Shown: positions 1 to 7,464 of the stretch, piece after piece
How the letters are laid out: every line of letters starts with the position of its first letter
Numbering within the stretch: position 1 is the stretch's first letter
From: a virus
Lineage: Duplodnaviria; Heunggongvirae; Uroviricota; Caudoviricetes
Length of the DNA stretch: 18,076 nt
Reading direction: 5' to 3' (one strand)
Virus record (IMG/VR): IMGVR_UViG_2731957842_000001
Coordinates: 1-18,076 of that record
The notes under the pieces: model-generated
What the model was told of the DNA's origin: nothing
What the model saw: only the letters and a program-made list of their open reading frames with translations
Databases searched by the model: none
Translations under genes and position numbers: made by a program

Positions 1-553
1 GGCCAGTTCCTTTCCGGCCTGATAAACGCTGTTTTACTGCGTTAAGTTTTGCCTGTTGTGCACTGACACGCGCCAGCGCGTCGCGCTGACGGTTAAGCTG
101 GGCAGTGGTTTCACTGATACGGTTTTTCAGTCCCTGCTCATCATGTGCAAGATTGCGGGTATTAATTCCCACAGCGGCCAGTTCCCGCTGCTGGCGTTTA
201 ACGGAATCTGTCAGGCGGTTATATTTCGCCTGTAAGTCCTCCGCCGCACGCTTTGCGGATTCCAGCACTTTCGCCTGAGCACGGGTCGGACGTTCGGTGT
301 TTTTAAACTGTGTGGCAAGGGCTTCGGCCTCCTGCCGTGCCTTTTCAAGTGCATGACCAGTCACGGCGAGCTGTGCACTGGTCTTGCGGAACCCCTCAAT
401 ACGGGATGCGTGACCGTTCAGCTCGCGCAGTGATTTTTGTGTTTCCCGGATATCCCCCGACAGCGACTTGCTCGCTGTGCGGATGGATTTAAACGGGCGG
501 GATGCCTGGTCAACAGCCCTGAGCAATACCTGTAATTTTACATTGTTACTCAT
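1..553 (-). CDS. T: Tail tape measure protein, N-terminal part; 3' end runs off the window
   Basis: Minus-strand ATG at 553 (reverse complement of cat 551-553) opens a frame reading MSNNVKLQVLLRAVDQASRPFKSIRTASKSL..., coiled-coil-like and matching the recalled P2 gpT N-terminus. It sits immediately downstream of E/E', as in P2. Not in the ORF track because it is truncated by the window edge. Confidence 0.8.
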   Translation of the reverse strand, partial: MSNNVKLQVLLRAVDQASRPFKSIRTASKSLSGDIRETQKSLRELNGHASRIEGFRKTSAQLAVTGHALEKARQEAEALATQFKNTERPTRAQAKVLESAKRAAEDLQAKYNRLTDSVKRQQRELAAVGINTRNLAHDEQGLKNRISETTAQLNRQRDALARVSAQQAKLNAVKQRLSGRKGTG

Positions 554-973
554 TCGTGTTTCCGCTTCGCCGGAGCGCCTTTTCGCGCCATGTGATGAGT
601 TCGGTCAGGCTCATGGGATACAGTTCTGATGGCGGCCAGTGAAATATCACAGCCACATCTGCCATCAGGTCATCGACCGAGAGATTTTTCGGAAACGTCA
701 CTGCACCGAGTTCGGCGACAAAAAACCGACCACCTTACCGGCCAGCGCCACAAGGTCAGGCAGTTCCAGCGCGGCGACTTCCTGCTCGGTCAGCATCGGT
801 GCCGTCATGCGCGGCAGCACCTTAATCAGTGCATCGACTTCAGAGTTCGCGACCGCAGCCAGACTGACACCGCGCAGCGTCCCGGCATTGGGTTTCATCA
901 GCGTGACCTGTTCGATAACCTGCTCACCACGCTTGACCGGATTGTCCAGGGTAATCACATTTTCTTTGTTCAT
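546..973 (-). CDS. E+E': Tail assembly chaperone E+E', -1 programmed frameshift product (~142 aa)
   Basis: Hand translation in the -1 frame from the T_TTT_TTG heptamer continues ...VAELGAVTFPKNLSVDDLMADVAVIFHWPPSELYPMSLTELITWREKALRRSGNTNE to a stop at 546-548, overlapping the T start. Length is as recalled for P2 E+E'. Confidence 0.7.
698..973 (-). CDS. E: Tail assembly chaperone gpE (zero-frame product)
   Basis: 91-aa ORF MNKENVITLDNPVKRGEQVIEQ...; same length and position (between FII and T) as P2 E, and contains the slippery site near its 3' end. Confidence 0.85.
   Translation of the reverse strand: MNKENVITLDNPVKRGEQVIEQVTLMKPNAGTLRGVSLAAVANSEVDALIKVLPRMTAPMLTEQEVAALELPDLVALAGKVVGFLSPNSVQ
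719..725 (-). other. Slippery heptanucleotide T_TTT_TTG for the E/E' -1 ribosomal frameshift
   Basis: Plus strand 719-727 is caaaaaacc; on the minus strand the zero-frame codons are GGT TTT TTG, giving an X_XXY_YYZ heptamer at the conserved tail-chaperone position. Confidence 0.7.
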
Positions 974-1029
974 GGTTTTCTCACTTCTGAATCGGTGTTA
1001 ACCGGTCAGCCAGGCTGACCGGATGAAAA

Positions 1030-1548
1030 TCACAGGCCGATATTGCGGCGGTGTTGCTCCAGCCGGTCGACGCCGTTCACCTTCTCAATCATGTTGATGG
1101 TGTCGATTTCGACCAGCTCCTTACCGTCCATCGTCAGCCGGAAATAGGTGCAGACCACGGAGATTTTCGACTCGGTGTCTTCTCCCTGTTTGCCCTCGCC
1201 GGTGTCGATTTCTTTCTGACGTCCACGCATGACCACTTCGACGGCCACCGTTTCGCCGGTATCGTCGCGCTGGTAAGAGCCTGCAAAACGAATCGGCACG
1301 GCATCCACGCCGGTTGCGGCGTAAAGCTCCCAGATAACCGAATCCGGGAAGCCCCCGAGCGACCACTCCATTGACAGCGCATCATCATCAAGGCCGAGGT
1401 CTACCGGTGCGCTGCCGTTCATCCCCGCACCGCGATAGTTTTCGAGCTTACGGGTCAGTTTTGGCAGCGTGACGGACTTTGCAACGCCCTGATAGCTGTA
1501 GCCGTTCAGAAAGACGTTCATTAACTTGAGTTTGCGCGGCATTGCCAT
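1030..1548 (-). CDS. FII: Major tail tube protein
   Basis: 172-aa ORF MAMPRKLKLMNVFLNGYSYQGVAKSVTLPKLTRKLENYRGAG...; length and sequence match recalled P2 gpFII, directly downstream of FI. Confidence 0.9.
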   Translation of the reverse strand: MAMPRKLKLMNVFLNGYSYQGVAKSVTLPKLTRKLENYRGAGMNGSAPVDLGLDDDALSMEWSLGGFPDSVIWELYAATGVDAVPIRFAGSYQRDDTGETVAVEVVMRGRQKEIDTGEGKQGEDTESKISVVCTYFRLTMDGKELVEIDTINMIEKVNGVDRLEQHRRNIGL

Positions 1549-1560
1549 CGGTCAGGCTCC

Positions 1561-2751
1561 TTAATTGCTGTTAACCGAGGTGACCAGATTTGCCAGGTAT
1601 TTATCGGTAATACGCTGGCGCAGGGTCAGGTTTTCGAGAGGAGGCACCGGTGTATAGTCGTAGTCGATATACAGTTTTCCGGCCTTGAGGGTTTCCGCAT
1701 CGTTGGATTCTTCGCTGAACCAGCATGAGCCATCCACGATATAGCCGTTTGTTTTCAGCTCACGGAATTTGGCATTGATGCCGTCAACGATGTCGCGAAT
1801 CAGCGTTGCGGTGATGGGCTTGTCCACCGCCCACATGTGCGCCTCAGCCATCGTGTCGGCCAGCACCTGCGCGGTGCGGGTGTAGTTTTCAAAGAGGAAC
1901 AGCGGGTCATCAGAGCAGGTACGGTTACCCCAGAAGCGGAAACCGTCGCGGCGAATCAGCGTTGTGACGCCTGACTCATTAAGCAGGTCAGCATCGGTGC
2001 CGGACTCCTGCAAATCCCAGAATACAGATGCGCTGATGCCGGTAACACCGTTCACACCGACGTTGGACAGCGTTTTATGCCAGCCCTGCTCCTGGTCGAT
2101 TTTGGCACGCAGCCCCAGCGCACGGGCGGTGGCATACGCGGTGGCGGTGGTACTGGTGACCGTATCCCATGCGAGGAAATCCGGCCAGATGACCATCAGC
2201 TCACGCTGGCTGAAATTCTGGCGGTAGGCTTTCACCTCGGAAATGGTCTTACAGCCCCATGCGCTGATATATCCGAAAGCGCGCAGCTTCTGACAGACGG
2301 ATGCCAGTGCAACAGCCACCTCTTTGGTATCCAGCCCCGGCACACCGAGAATACGCGGTTTAACACCGGTTACCGACTCCGCCGCCAGCAGGGCTTTTAG
2401 TCCGGTGTACTGACCGTTTTCGTCGGTGGTGCCGATGATATTGGAAACGGTCTGCGCGAGTTTCGTTTCCTCGTCATCACCGGTGCCGTCTTCCACGCGC
2501 ACGACAACGGTGACCGGTTTTGACTGGTCAGCGATGGCCTGCAACGATGCCGCCAGCGTGCCTTTTTTACCGGCCTTTGCAATTGCGCTCTGCACATTGG
2601 TAATCAGCACAGGTTTATTGAGGGGGAAGGTTTCCGCATCCGCATCGCTGGCCGTGCAGACCATGCCGACAATGGCAGTGGATACGGTGGAAATGACGCG
2701 GGTGCCGTCGTTAATCTCCAGCACCTGCACGCCGTGATGATAGTCACTCAT
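1561..2751 (-). CDS. FI: Contractile tail sheath protein
   Basis: 396-aa ORF MSDYHHGVQVLEINDGTRVISTVSTAIVGMV...; length and sequence match recalled P2 gpFI. Confidence 0.9.
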   Translation of the reverse strand: MSDYHHGVQVLEINDGTRVISTVSTAIVGMVCTASDADAETFPLNKPVLITNVQSAIAKAGKKGTLAASLQAIADQSKPVTVVVRVEDGTGDDEETKLAQTVSNIIGTTDENGQYTGLKALLAAESVTGVKPRILGVPGLDTKEVAVALASVCQKLRAFGYISAWGCKTISEVKAYRQNFSQRELMVIWPDFLAWDTVTSTTATAYATARALGLRAKIDQEQGWHKTLSNVGVNGVTGISASVFWDLQESGTDADLLNESGVTTLIRRDGFRFWGNRTCSDDPLFLFENYTRTAQVLADTMAEAHMWAVDKPITATLIRDIVDGINAKFRELKTNGYIVDGSCWFSEESNDAETLKAGKLYIDYDYTPVPPLENLTLRQRITDKYLANLVTSVNSN

Positions 2752-2810
2752 CCGTTTAACTCCGTGGTTAATGGGTGAGTGGTATTTTCAGTTGTGCCGG
2801 AGATGTCAGG

Positions 2811-3404
2811 CTATTTGTCCCGGTTGGCTAAGGGATGACACAATTTATTCTTTGTCGCTGATGAGGGAAATTTTTTATAGAGCGTGGACAGGCCAATATC
2901 AAAAATCAGCGCCACACGTTGACGAGATTCCCCCGCAGCCAGCAACCGTCCGACCTGCTCCCACTCACTCGCGGTGAGTTTCGGACGCCTGCCACCAATA
3001 CGACCTTTAGCTCTGGCCGCTTCCAGTCCGGCGCGTGTCCGCTCGACAATGAGTTCTCGCTCCATTTCAGCCAGGGCACCCATCACATGAAAGAAAAAAC
3101 GCCCCATCGGCGTGCTGGTATCAATAGCATCCGTCAGACTGCGAAAATTAACGCCGCGTTCGCGCAGTTCCTCAACCAGAATGACCAGATGCCGCATACT
3201 ACGCCCCAGCCTGTCCAGCTTCCAGACTACCAGAGTGTCACCTGCTGATAATGTTCTGAGCAGTTTTTTCAGTCCCGGTCGGTCGGACTTCGTGCCGCTG
3301 ATTTTATCCTCAAAAATCCGCTCGCATCCTGCGCACTCCAGCGCGTTACGCTGCAATTCCGTGTTCTGGTCATTTGTTGACACGCGTACATAGCCAATAA
3401 GCAT
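2811..3404 (-). CDS. Site-specific DNA invertase, serine recombinase of the Hin/Gin/Pin/Cin (Din) family
   Basis: MLIGYVRVSTNDQNTELQRNAL...LVVWKLDRLGRSMRHL...FRSLTDAIDTSTPMGRFFFHVMGALAEMERELIVERT...GRIGGRRPKLT is near-identical in pattern to Gin/Pin, with the catalytic Ser in RVST and a C-terminal HTH. I take the second ATG (3404) as the start because AGGGGG sits 6 nt upstream of it; the track ORF starts 2 codons earlier at 3410. Confidence 0.9.
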   Translation of the reverse strand: MLIGYVRVSTNDQNTELQRNALECAGCERIFEDKISGTKSDRPGLKKLLRTLSAGDTLVVWKLDRLGRSMRHLVILVEELRERGVNFRSLTDAIDTSTPMGRFFFHVMGALAEMERELIVERTRAGLEAARAKGRIGGRRPKLTASEWEQVGRLLAAGESRQRVALIFDIGLSTLYKKFPSSATKNKLCHPLANRDK

Positions 3405-3459
3405 GAGCATCCCCCTGAATAAAAACCGGAGATGATGCCTGTTGCACGTAATCTCTGCA

Positions 3460-3485
3460 TTTTCTTAAACGTTGGTTTGGGAGAA
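3460..3485. other. Candidate gix/hix/pix-like inversion crossover site (degenerate 12-2-12 inverted repeat)
   Basis: TTTTCTTAAACG-TT-GGTTTGGGAGAA; the right half matches the recalled gix right half GGTTTTGGATAA at 10/12, the left half only about 7/12. It lies 56 bp upstream of the invertase start and at the 5' end of the tail-fibre fragment, where Din crossover sites are found. Confidence 0.35.
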
Positions 3486-3486
3486 G

Positions 3487-3690
3487 GTTCGGCATTACCC
3501 GTTGGCGTGCCTGTTCCGTGGCCTTCCGCCACTCCGCCAACAGGCTGGCTGAAATGCAACGGTGCCGCTTTTTCTGCTGAAGAATACCCGGAACTGGCAA
3601 AGGCTTATCCGACAAATAAATTGCCTGATTTACGTGGTGAGTTTATTCGTGGCTGGGATGACGGGCGTGGAGTGGATAGCCGGTCTTCAA
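3487..3690 (+). pseudogene. Remnant of an alternative tail-fibre C-terminal (variable) segment, truncated
   Basis: Plus-strand frame encodes ...PVGVPVPWPSATPPTGWLKCNGAAFSAEEYPELAKAYPTNKLPDLRGEFIRGWDDGRGVD, the conserved motif I recall just distal to the crossover site in Mu S/S', P1 S and e14 tail fibres. No N-terminal constant part precedes it and it runs straight into antisense gene R; the track ORF 3432..4043 is a chimera. Confidence 0.6.
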
Positions 3691-3701
3691 AACGCTTAAA
3701 C

Positions 3702-4169
3702 TCATTCATCCCACTTGCTCACCAGTTCGCCATTGATATACAGCTCCACCGGGCGGGTGACCGGCTCCGGCGGCGGGGGTTCCGGGATATTCTTCACATG
3801 CAGTGCGCCGTCCACCTCGCTGACCAGCGTGCGCTCGGTCAGCATCAGACTGATGCTGATATCAAAGCTGCTGTCATTGTTGATGTCTGCATAAAACGTG
3901 AAGCCCTTTTTCTGACCTTCGTCAGTGGTCATGATGTCGGGCTGATTTTCCCGCAGCCACGCCAGCACCGGCACGATGAGCAGGTCAAAATCACCGGTAA
4001 AGTCGGTCACAATGACATTGAGCGTGTAACGCTTTTCGAATGACAGCGACGTCGCCAGTGTGGAGGCAATACTCCCGTTATCCACGAATATCCGCAGCAT
4101 CTCGGGGCTGGTTTTCAGCACCGTGACGGCATCAGTCAGTGCCCTGCGCAGGCTGTCGGGTTTGAGCAT
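3702..4169 (-). CDS. R: Tail completion protein R
   Basis: 155-aa ORF MLKPDSLRRALTDAVTVLKTSPEMLRIF...; same length as P2 gpR and in the expected position after the lysis genes. Confidence 0.8.
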   Translation of the reverse strand: MLKPDSLRRALTDAVTVLKTSPEMLRIFVDNGSIASTLATSLSFEKRYTLNVIVTDFTGDFDLLIVPVLAWLRENQPDIMTTDEGQKKGFTFYADINNDSSFDISISLMLTERTLVSEVDGALHVKNIPEPPPPEPVTRPVELYINGELVSKWDE

Positions 4170-4422
4170 CGTTTTCGTCCTGACAGTGTTTAATCATTTT
4201 TACCTGGCTGGCACAGCGTGCCAGCGCGTTCTCAAGCTGCCGGATATCGGCACTTAAATCGCCGTTCGTCTCCGGGTCACTGCCCGGCATCGGGCAAAGA
4301 CTCACTTTCGGGCAGGCGTTGGCGACAATCACTGGCGTCAGTGCAGGCGGGGCGCTGGTGCAACCGGCGCACAGCATCAGGCAGGTCAGCACCGTACCAG
4401 CGGCGAAAATCTTCGTTTTCAT
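4132..4422 (-). CDS. lysC: Outer-membrane lipoprotein spanin (o-spanin), LysC/Rz1-like
   Basis: 96-aa product MKTKIFAAGTVLTCLMLCAGCTSAPP... with a lipobox (LCAGC), embedded in the +1 frame of lysB; the track ORF is longer because of an upstream alternative start. Confidence 0.75.
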   Translation of the reverse strand: MKTKIFAAGTVLTCLMLCAGCTSAPPALTPVIVANACPKVSLCPMPGSDPETNGDLSADIRQLENALARCASQVKMIKHCQDENDAQTRQPAQGTD

Positions 4423-4702
4423 TGAGTAATCTCGTGATGGTTTTCTCGCGCTGTGCTTCACGCTTCGCGGCGTTCTCCAGTTCCTGACGCAGTGCCACCT
4501 GCGCCAGCTCGTTTTTGTCTGCCCTGGTGAGCGCAACATGAAGCTGATTTTTCAGCATGGTGATGGTCGTCTGCTGCCCGCTGGCGACGTTGTTCGCCCT
4601 GTCCAGTGAGGCGCGCAGGCTGGCGTTTTCATGCTTCGCCAGAAACAGCCCCGCCACCGCCAGCGATAACAACACGACCAGTGCAATCATCAGCTTTGAC
4701 AT
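4277..4702 (-). CDS. lysB: Inner-membrane spanin (i-spanin), LysB/Rz-like
   Basis: 141-aa ORF with an N-terminal TM helix (MSKLMIALVVLLSLAVAGLFLA) and a coiled-coil periplasmic domain; same length as recalled P2 LysB. Confidence 0.8.
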   Translation of the reverse strand: MSKLMIALVVLLSLAVAGLFLAKHENASLRASLDRANNVASGQQTTITMLKNQLHVALTRADKNELAQVALRQELENAAKREAQREKTITRLLNENEDFRRWYGADLPDAVRRLHQRPACTDASDCRQRLPESESLPDAGQ

Positions 4703-5115
4703 AGTTCCCGCCCCTCAAGACGCTGACGGCAGGCCGTGCGTATCAGCCGGAAAAACAGCGACGCCACGAGATAAATCAGCGCGGTAAAAATCCACCCGGC
4801 AGCGACCAGCGCGATAAACGTCGCCACCATCACCACCAGAGCCGCCGCCCGTCTGCGCCACGGCACCGGCTGCAAAAACAGCGACGTGACAATCTTCACG
4901 GCCAGCGATTCCGGCGGCAGCTCCCGTCCGTAGCGTTCCAGTACATACTCCGTGGCATACACCCCGACACCACCGGCAACCACACAGATAACCGTCGCCA
5001 GAATCGCCCAGGTGGCGACAAAACTGACGGCCACGCTCTGCGGGTAAATCAGGGACAGTGCCAGCATCAGCGCCAGCGACACGTGCAGCATCAGTGAAAG
5101 GGATAATTTCTTCAT
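4690..5115 (-). CDS. lysA: Lysis-timing membrane protein LysA
   Basis: 141-aa multi-TM protein (MKKLSLSLMLHVSLALMLALSLIYP...) between endolysin and lysB, as in P2. Confidence 0.75.
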   Translation of the reverse strand: MKKLSLSLMLHVSLALMLALSLIYPQSVAVSFVATWAILATVICVVAGGVGVYATEYVLERYGRELPPESLAVKIVTSLFLQPVPWRRRAAALVVMVATFIALVAAGWIFTALIYLVASLFFRLIRTACRQRLEGRELCQS

Positions 5116-5129
5116 GGTGTTTACTCCGT

Positions 5130-5627
5130 TTAAGCCGGTACGCCGCCAGCGGTACGCCAGACGGTGACCAGTTTTTCCAGTGAATGCTCACGCTGACCGT
5201 AACCGGCACCCGGCAGGGACGCCCAGATATTGCGACAGCGTGAAATGGCGCGCTCAATGCGTCCCGCCCGGATGTCATCCAGTGCACCGCGTTCGCGGAT
5301 CAACTGAATGGCAAGTCTGTCCTGTGACAACGGACTGAAATCCGGCAGGGCAAGCTGTTTGCGGTAGTGCGGCCAGAACAGGTAAAGCTGCTGATAGCGA
5401 CCGGAGGCCGTGGATTTTTCACCGCGACGGTTAAACACCTTCGCCGGTCGGCCATGCGCGAACGGGTGGTCACTGTAGTCGGTAAAAATTTCCGGCTTCC
5501 CGTCCAGTCCGGTGACTATCACGTCATAGCCCCGGTTTTTCGTCAGCGGATGATTCGCCGTCCCTTCGGACACGGCCAGCATGTCGAGAAAGGCGGCGAT
5601 ATTCTGGTGCGTGTTAATTACCGGCAT
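5130..5627 (-). CDS. K: Endolysin (lysozyme-type)
   Basis: 165-aa ORF MPVINTHQNIAAFLDMLAVSEGTANHPLTKNRGYDVIVTG...; matches recalled P2 gpK in length and sequence. Confidence 0.9.
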   Translation of the reverse strand: MPVINTHQNIAAFLDMLAVSEGTANHPLTKNRGYDVIVTGLDGKPEIFTDYSDHPFAHGRPAKVFNRRGEKSTASGRYQQLYLFWPHYRKQLALPDFSPLSQDRLAIQLIRERGALDDIRAGRIERAISRCRNIWASLPGAGYGQREHSLEKLVTVWRTAGGVPA

Positions 5628-5908
5628 TACGGTTTCCCCCTGCCCTTAAAGCGGCGCTGAATGGCAATCTCAATCACCTGATAACCGGCGATACCCAGCA
5701 TGGAGCCGATGCCGCACACCGCAGGCAGTGACAGGTCAGGAAACTGCACCAGAACAACACCGGCAACCATCGAGACAAAACCACCGAGCAACATGCGCCC
5801 GATAAACAGACGCGGGGTGATGGGTTCACCACCGGCAAGCACCTTGCCGACAACAATCAGCACCCCAATCATGAAAAGCGACAGGACGCTTTTTTCTTCT
5901 GCTGTCAT
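5627..5908 (-). CDS. Y: Holin
   Basis: 93-aa ORF with hydrophobic TM segments (MTAEEKSVLSLFMIGVLIVVGKVLAGG...); overlaps the K start in an ATGA arrangement, as P2 Y does. Confidence 0.85.
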   Translation of the reverse strand: MTAEEKSVLSLFMIGVLIVVGKVLAGGEPITPRLFIGRMLLGGFVSMVAGVVLVQFPDLSLPAVCGIGSMLGIAGYQVIEIAIQRRFKGRGKP

Positions 5909-5911
5909 GCG

Positions 5912-6115
5912 TTACTCCCACAGATTGACAGTTTCAGCCACGGGCGCTGTCTGAACGTCGGGCAGTTCGACGGCGGTGCCGTGTGGCAGCACCGCACCCA
6001 GTTCAGACAGTCCCGGATTTGCGGCGAGCACGGTCTCAACCACGCCCTCAGTGCGCCCGTAATACCGGACACAGATGGCGTCGAGCGTGTCGCCCTGTAG
6101 CGCAAAGGTCTTCAT
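5912..6115 (-). CDS. X: Tail protein X (LysM-like)
   Basis: 67-aa product from the internal Met: MKTFALQGDTLDAICVRYYGRTEGVVETVLAANPGLSELGAVLP...; its start overlaps the L stop. Confidence 0.7.
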   Translation of the reverse strand: MKTFALQGDTLDAICVRYYGRTEGVVETVLAANPGLSELGAVLPHGTAVELPDVQTAPVAETVNLWE

Positions 6116-6624
6116 CAGATTTGACTCACGATGCAGCGCGGCTTGTCCTGGATACGCGCCACCGCCCAGCGCATATCCCGCCACAGCTCATCAATGGTGC
6201 TGTCTATGCTGTCGGCCTTTTTGTCGCCTTTCGCACTGGCATCCACGCCGCGATAACGCTCATAAAGCGACGCGGTCGCCATCGCACACACGGCGCGCTC
6301 GTAGTAAAAAACCTTGATGCTTTCACCGTCGATGTCGTCCGCCGGGACGTCCGCCAGACGCGTAAAACCGGCGGCAATTTTCTGTTCGCGGTACTCGTAC
6401 AGCTCCGCATTCGTCTCCGCCATGCCTGACTTGATGGCCTCTCGCAGACGGGCGGGGGCGACGGTCTGCTCAAGGCGCATACGTTCCCGGACGCGCTTCG
6501 GGTCGATATCGGGAAAAAAGAACGTGTTTTTAATCACCGGCTCGTCGCCTGCCGGTTGCGGGATGACCACCGTACCCTCACCGGACACGGGAGCCTCCTT
6601 TCGCGGAATAATCAGCGTCATCAT
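6115..6624 (-). CDS. L: Head completion / stabilisation protein
   Basis: 169-aa product starting MMTLIIPRKEAPVSGEG at 6624 with an AGAGG Shine-Dalgarno 5 nt upstream; the track ORF extends further from an alternative start. Confidence 0.8.
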   Translation of the reverse strand: MMTLIIPRKEAPVSGEGTVVIPQPAGDEPVIKNTFFFPDIDPKRVRERMRLEQTVAPARLREAIKSGMAETNAELYEYREQKIAAGFTRLADVPADDIDGESIKVFYYERAVCAMATASLYERYRGVDASAKGDKKADSIDSTIDELWRDMRWAVARIQDKPRCIVSQI

Positions 6625-6723
6625 GACTACCTCTGAAAAGTCGGGCGGTGGACGCCGGTGCAGTGTCAGGTGATTCACCCTCACTGACCGGCGTGCCGCC
6701 CTGGCGCGGGGCGCATTCGGTTG

Positions 6724-7461
6724 TTAACTGGCTTTCTTTTTCGGGCGTCCACGTTTTGCCGGTGTCGCACTCCGGGTCTTACGCGGGGCGCGGGTGACCG
6801 CTTTTGGCTCCGGCTTCGGTTTCAGCTCCCGCTCCAGTCGTTCAATCTCTTTTTTGACGCCTGCCTGACAGTCGAGCTGTGTCGCACGTTGCAGGTGTGC
6901 CAGCGCACCGGCGGCATCACCACCGTCACGCAGAAACAGACCGGTGATTTTGTGCAGCTTTGCGCGCACTTCATCAGGCATGTCAGCCGTGGCGGTCAGT
7001 TCAAGGGTGTCCGTCAGCAGGCGGGGATCCACAGACTCACCGGCAGCGTGAGCGCGCATGGCCGCGAGCGCCACCTCCTCGGTGAACATGTACGGCGGGG
7101 TGCGGCGGTGTTTACCCGGCATGGTCAGACCGTACTTCAGGGCGTAACGGGCAATCTCCAGCGCGCCGGCAATATCACCGGTATCCAGACGCCACAGCAT
7201 GACCGTCATCAGAATGTCATCCTGTGCGCCTTTGCCCTGCTCCAGCACGCCGTTCACCCACGGCAACCAGAACGGCAGCAGTTCGCGTTTTTTTGCGGCC
7301 TTCAGCTCTTTTGAATAAATCGCTTTCAGTGTGCGCTGGTCTGCGGCGAGCTTAACCAGCATCTGCTCATAGACAGTTGCATGTCGCAGCGGGGCGGCTT
7401 CCCGCTGCGCGGTCATCGCTGCCGAGACCCGCATCATGTGGCGCTGTGCGGGACTCGTCAT
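6724..7461 (-). CDS. M: Terminase small (endonuclease) subunit
   Basis: 245-aa ORF with a basic C-terminal tail (...RAPRKTRSATPAKRGRPKKKAS), directly downstream of N; matches recalled P2 gpM. Confidence 0.85.
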   Translation of the reverse strand: MTSPAQRHMMRVSAAMTAQREAAPLRHATVYEQMLVKLAADQRTLKAIYSKELKAAKKRELLPFWLPWVNGVLEQGKGAQDDILMTVMLWRLDTGDIAGALEIARYALKYGLTMPGKHRRTPPYMFTEEVALAAMRAHAAGESVDPRLLTDTLELTATADMPDEVRAKLHKITGLFLRDGGDAAGALAHLQRATQLDCQAGVKKEIERLERELKPKPEPKAVTRAPRKTRSATPAKRGRPKKKAS

Positions 7462-7464
7462 CGG

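Noticed and set aside
3432-4043. 203-aa plus-strand ORF that looks like one long gene
   Set aside because: It is a chimera: the first ~85 codons are a tail-fibre fragment and the rest is the antisense frame of gene R, held open by high GC. Only the 3487-3690 part is reported, as a gene remnant.
6721-7314. 197-aa plus-strand ORF, and similar long ORFs at 8634..9092 (+), 9652..10191 (-), 10876..11325 (-) and 4715..5287 (-)
   Set aside because: All lie antisense to, or out of frame within, well-supported phage genes (M, O, P, lysA/K) and have Arg/Gly/Ala-rich low-complexity composition typical of spurious ORFs in GC-rich DNA.
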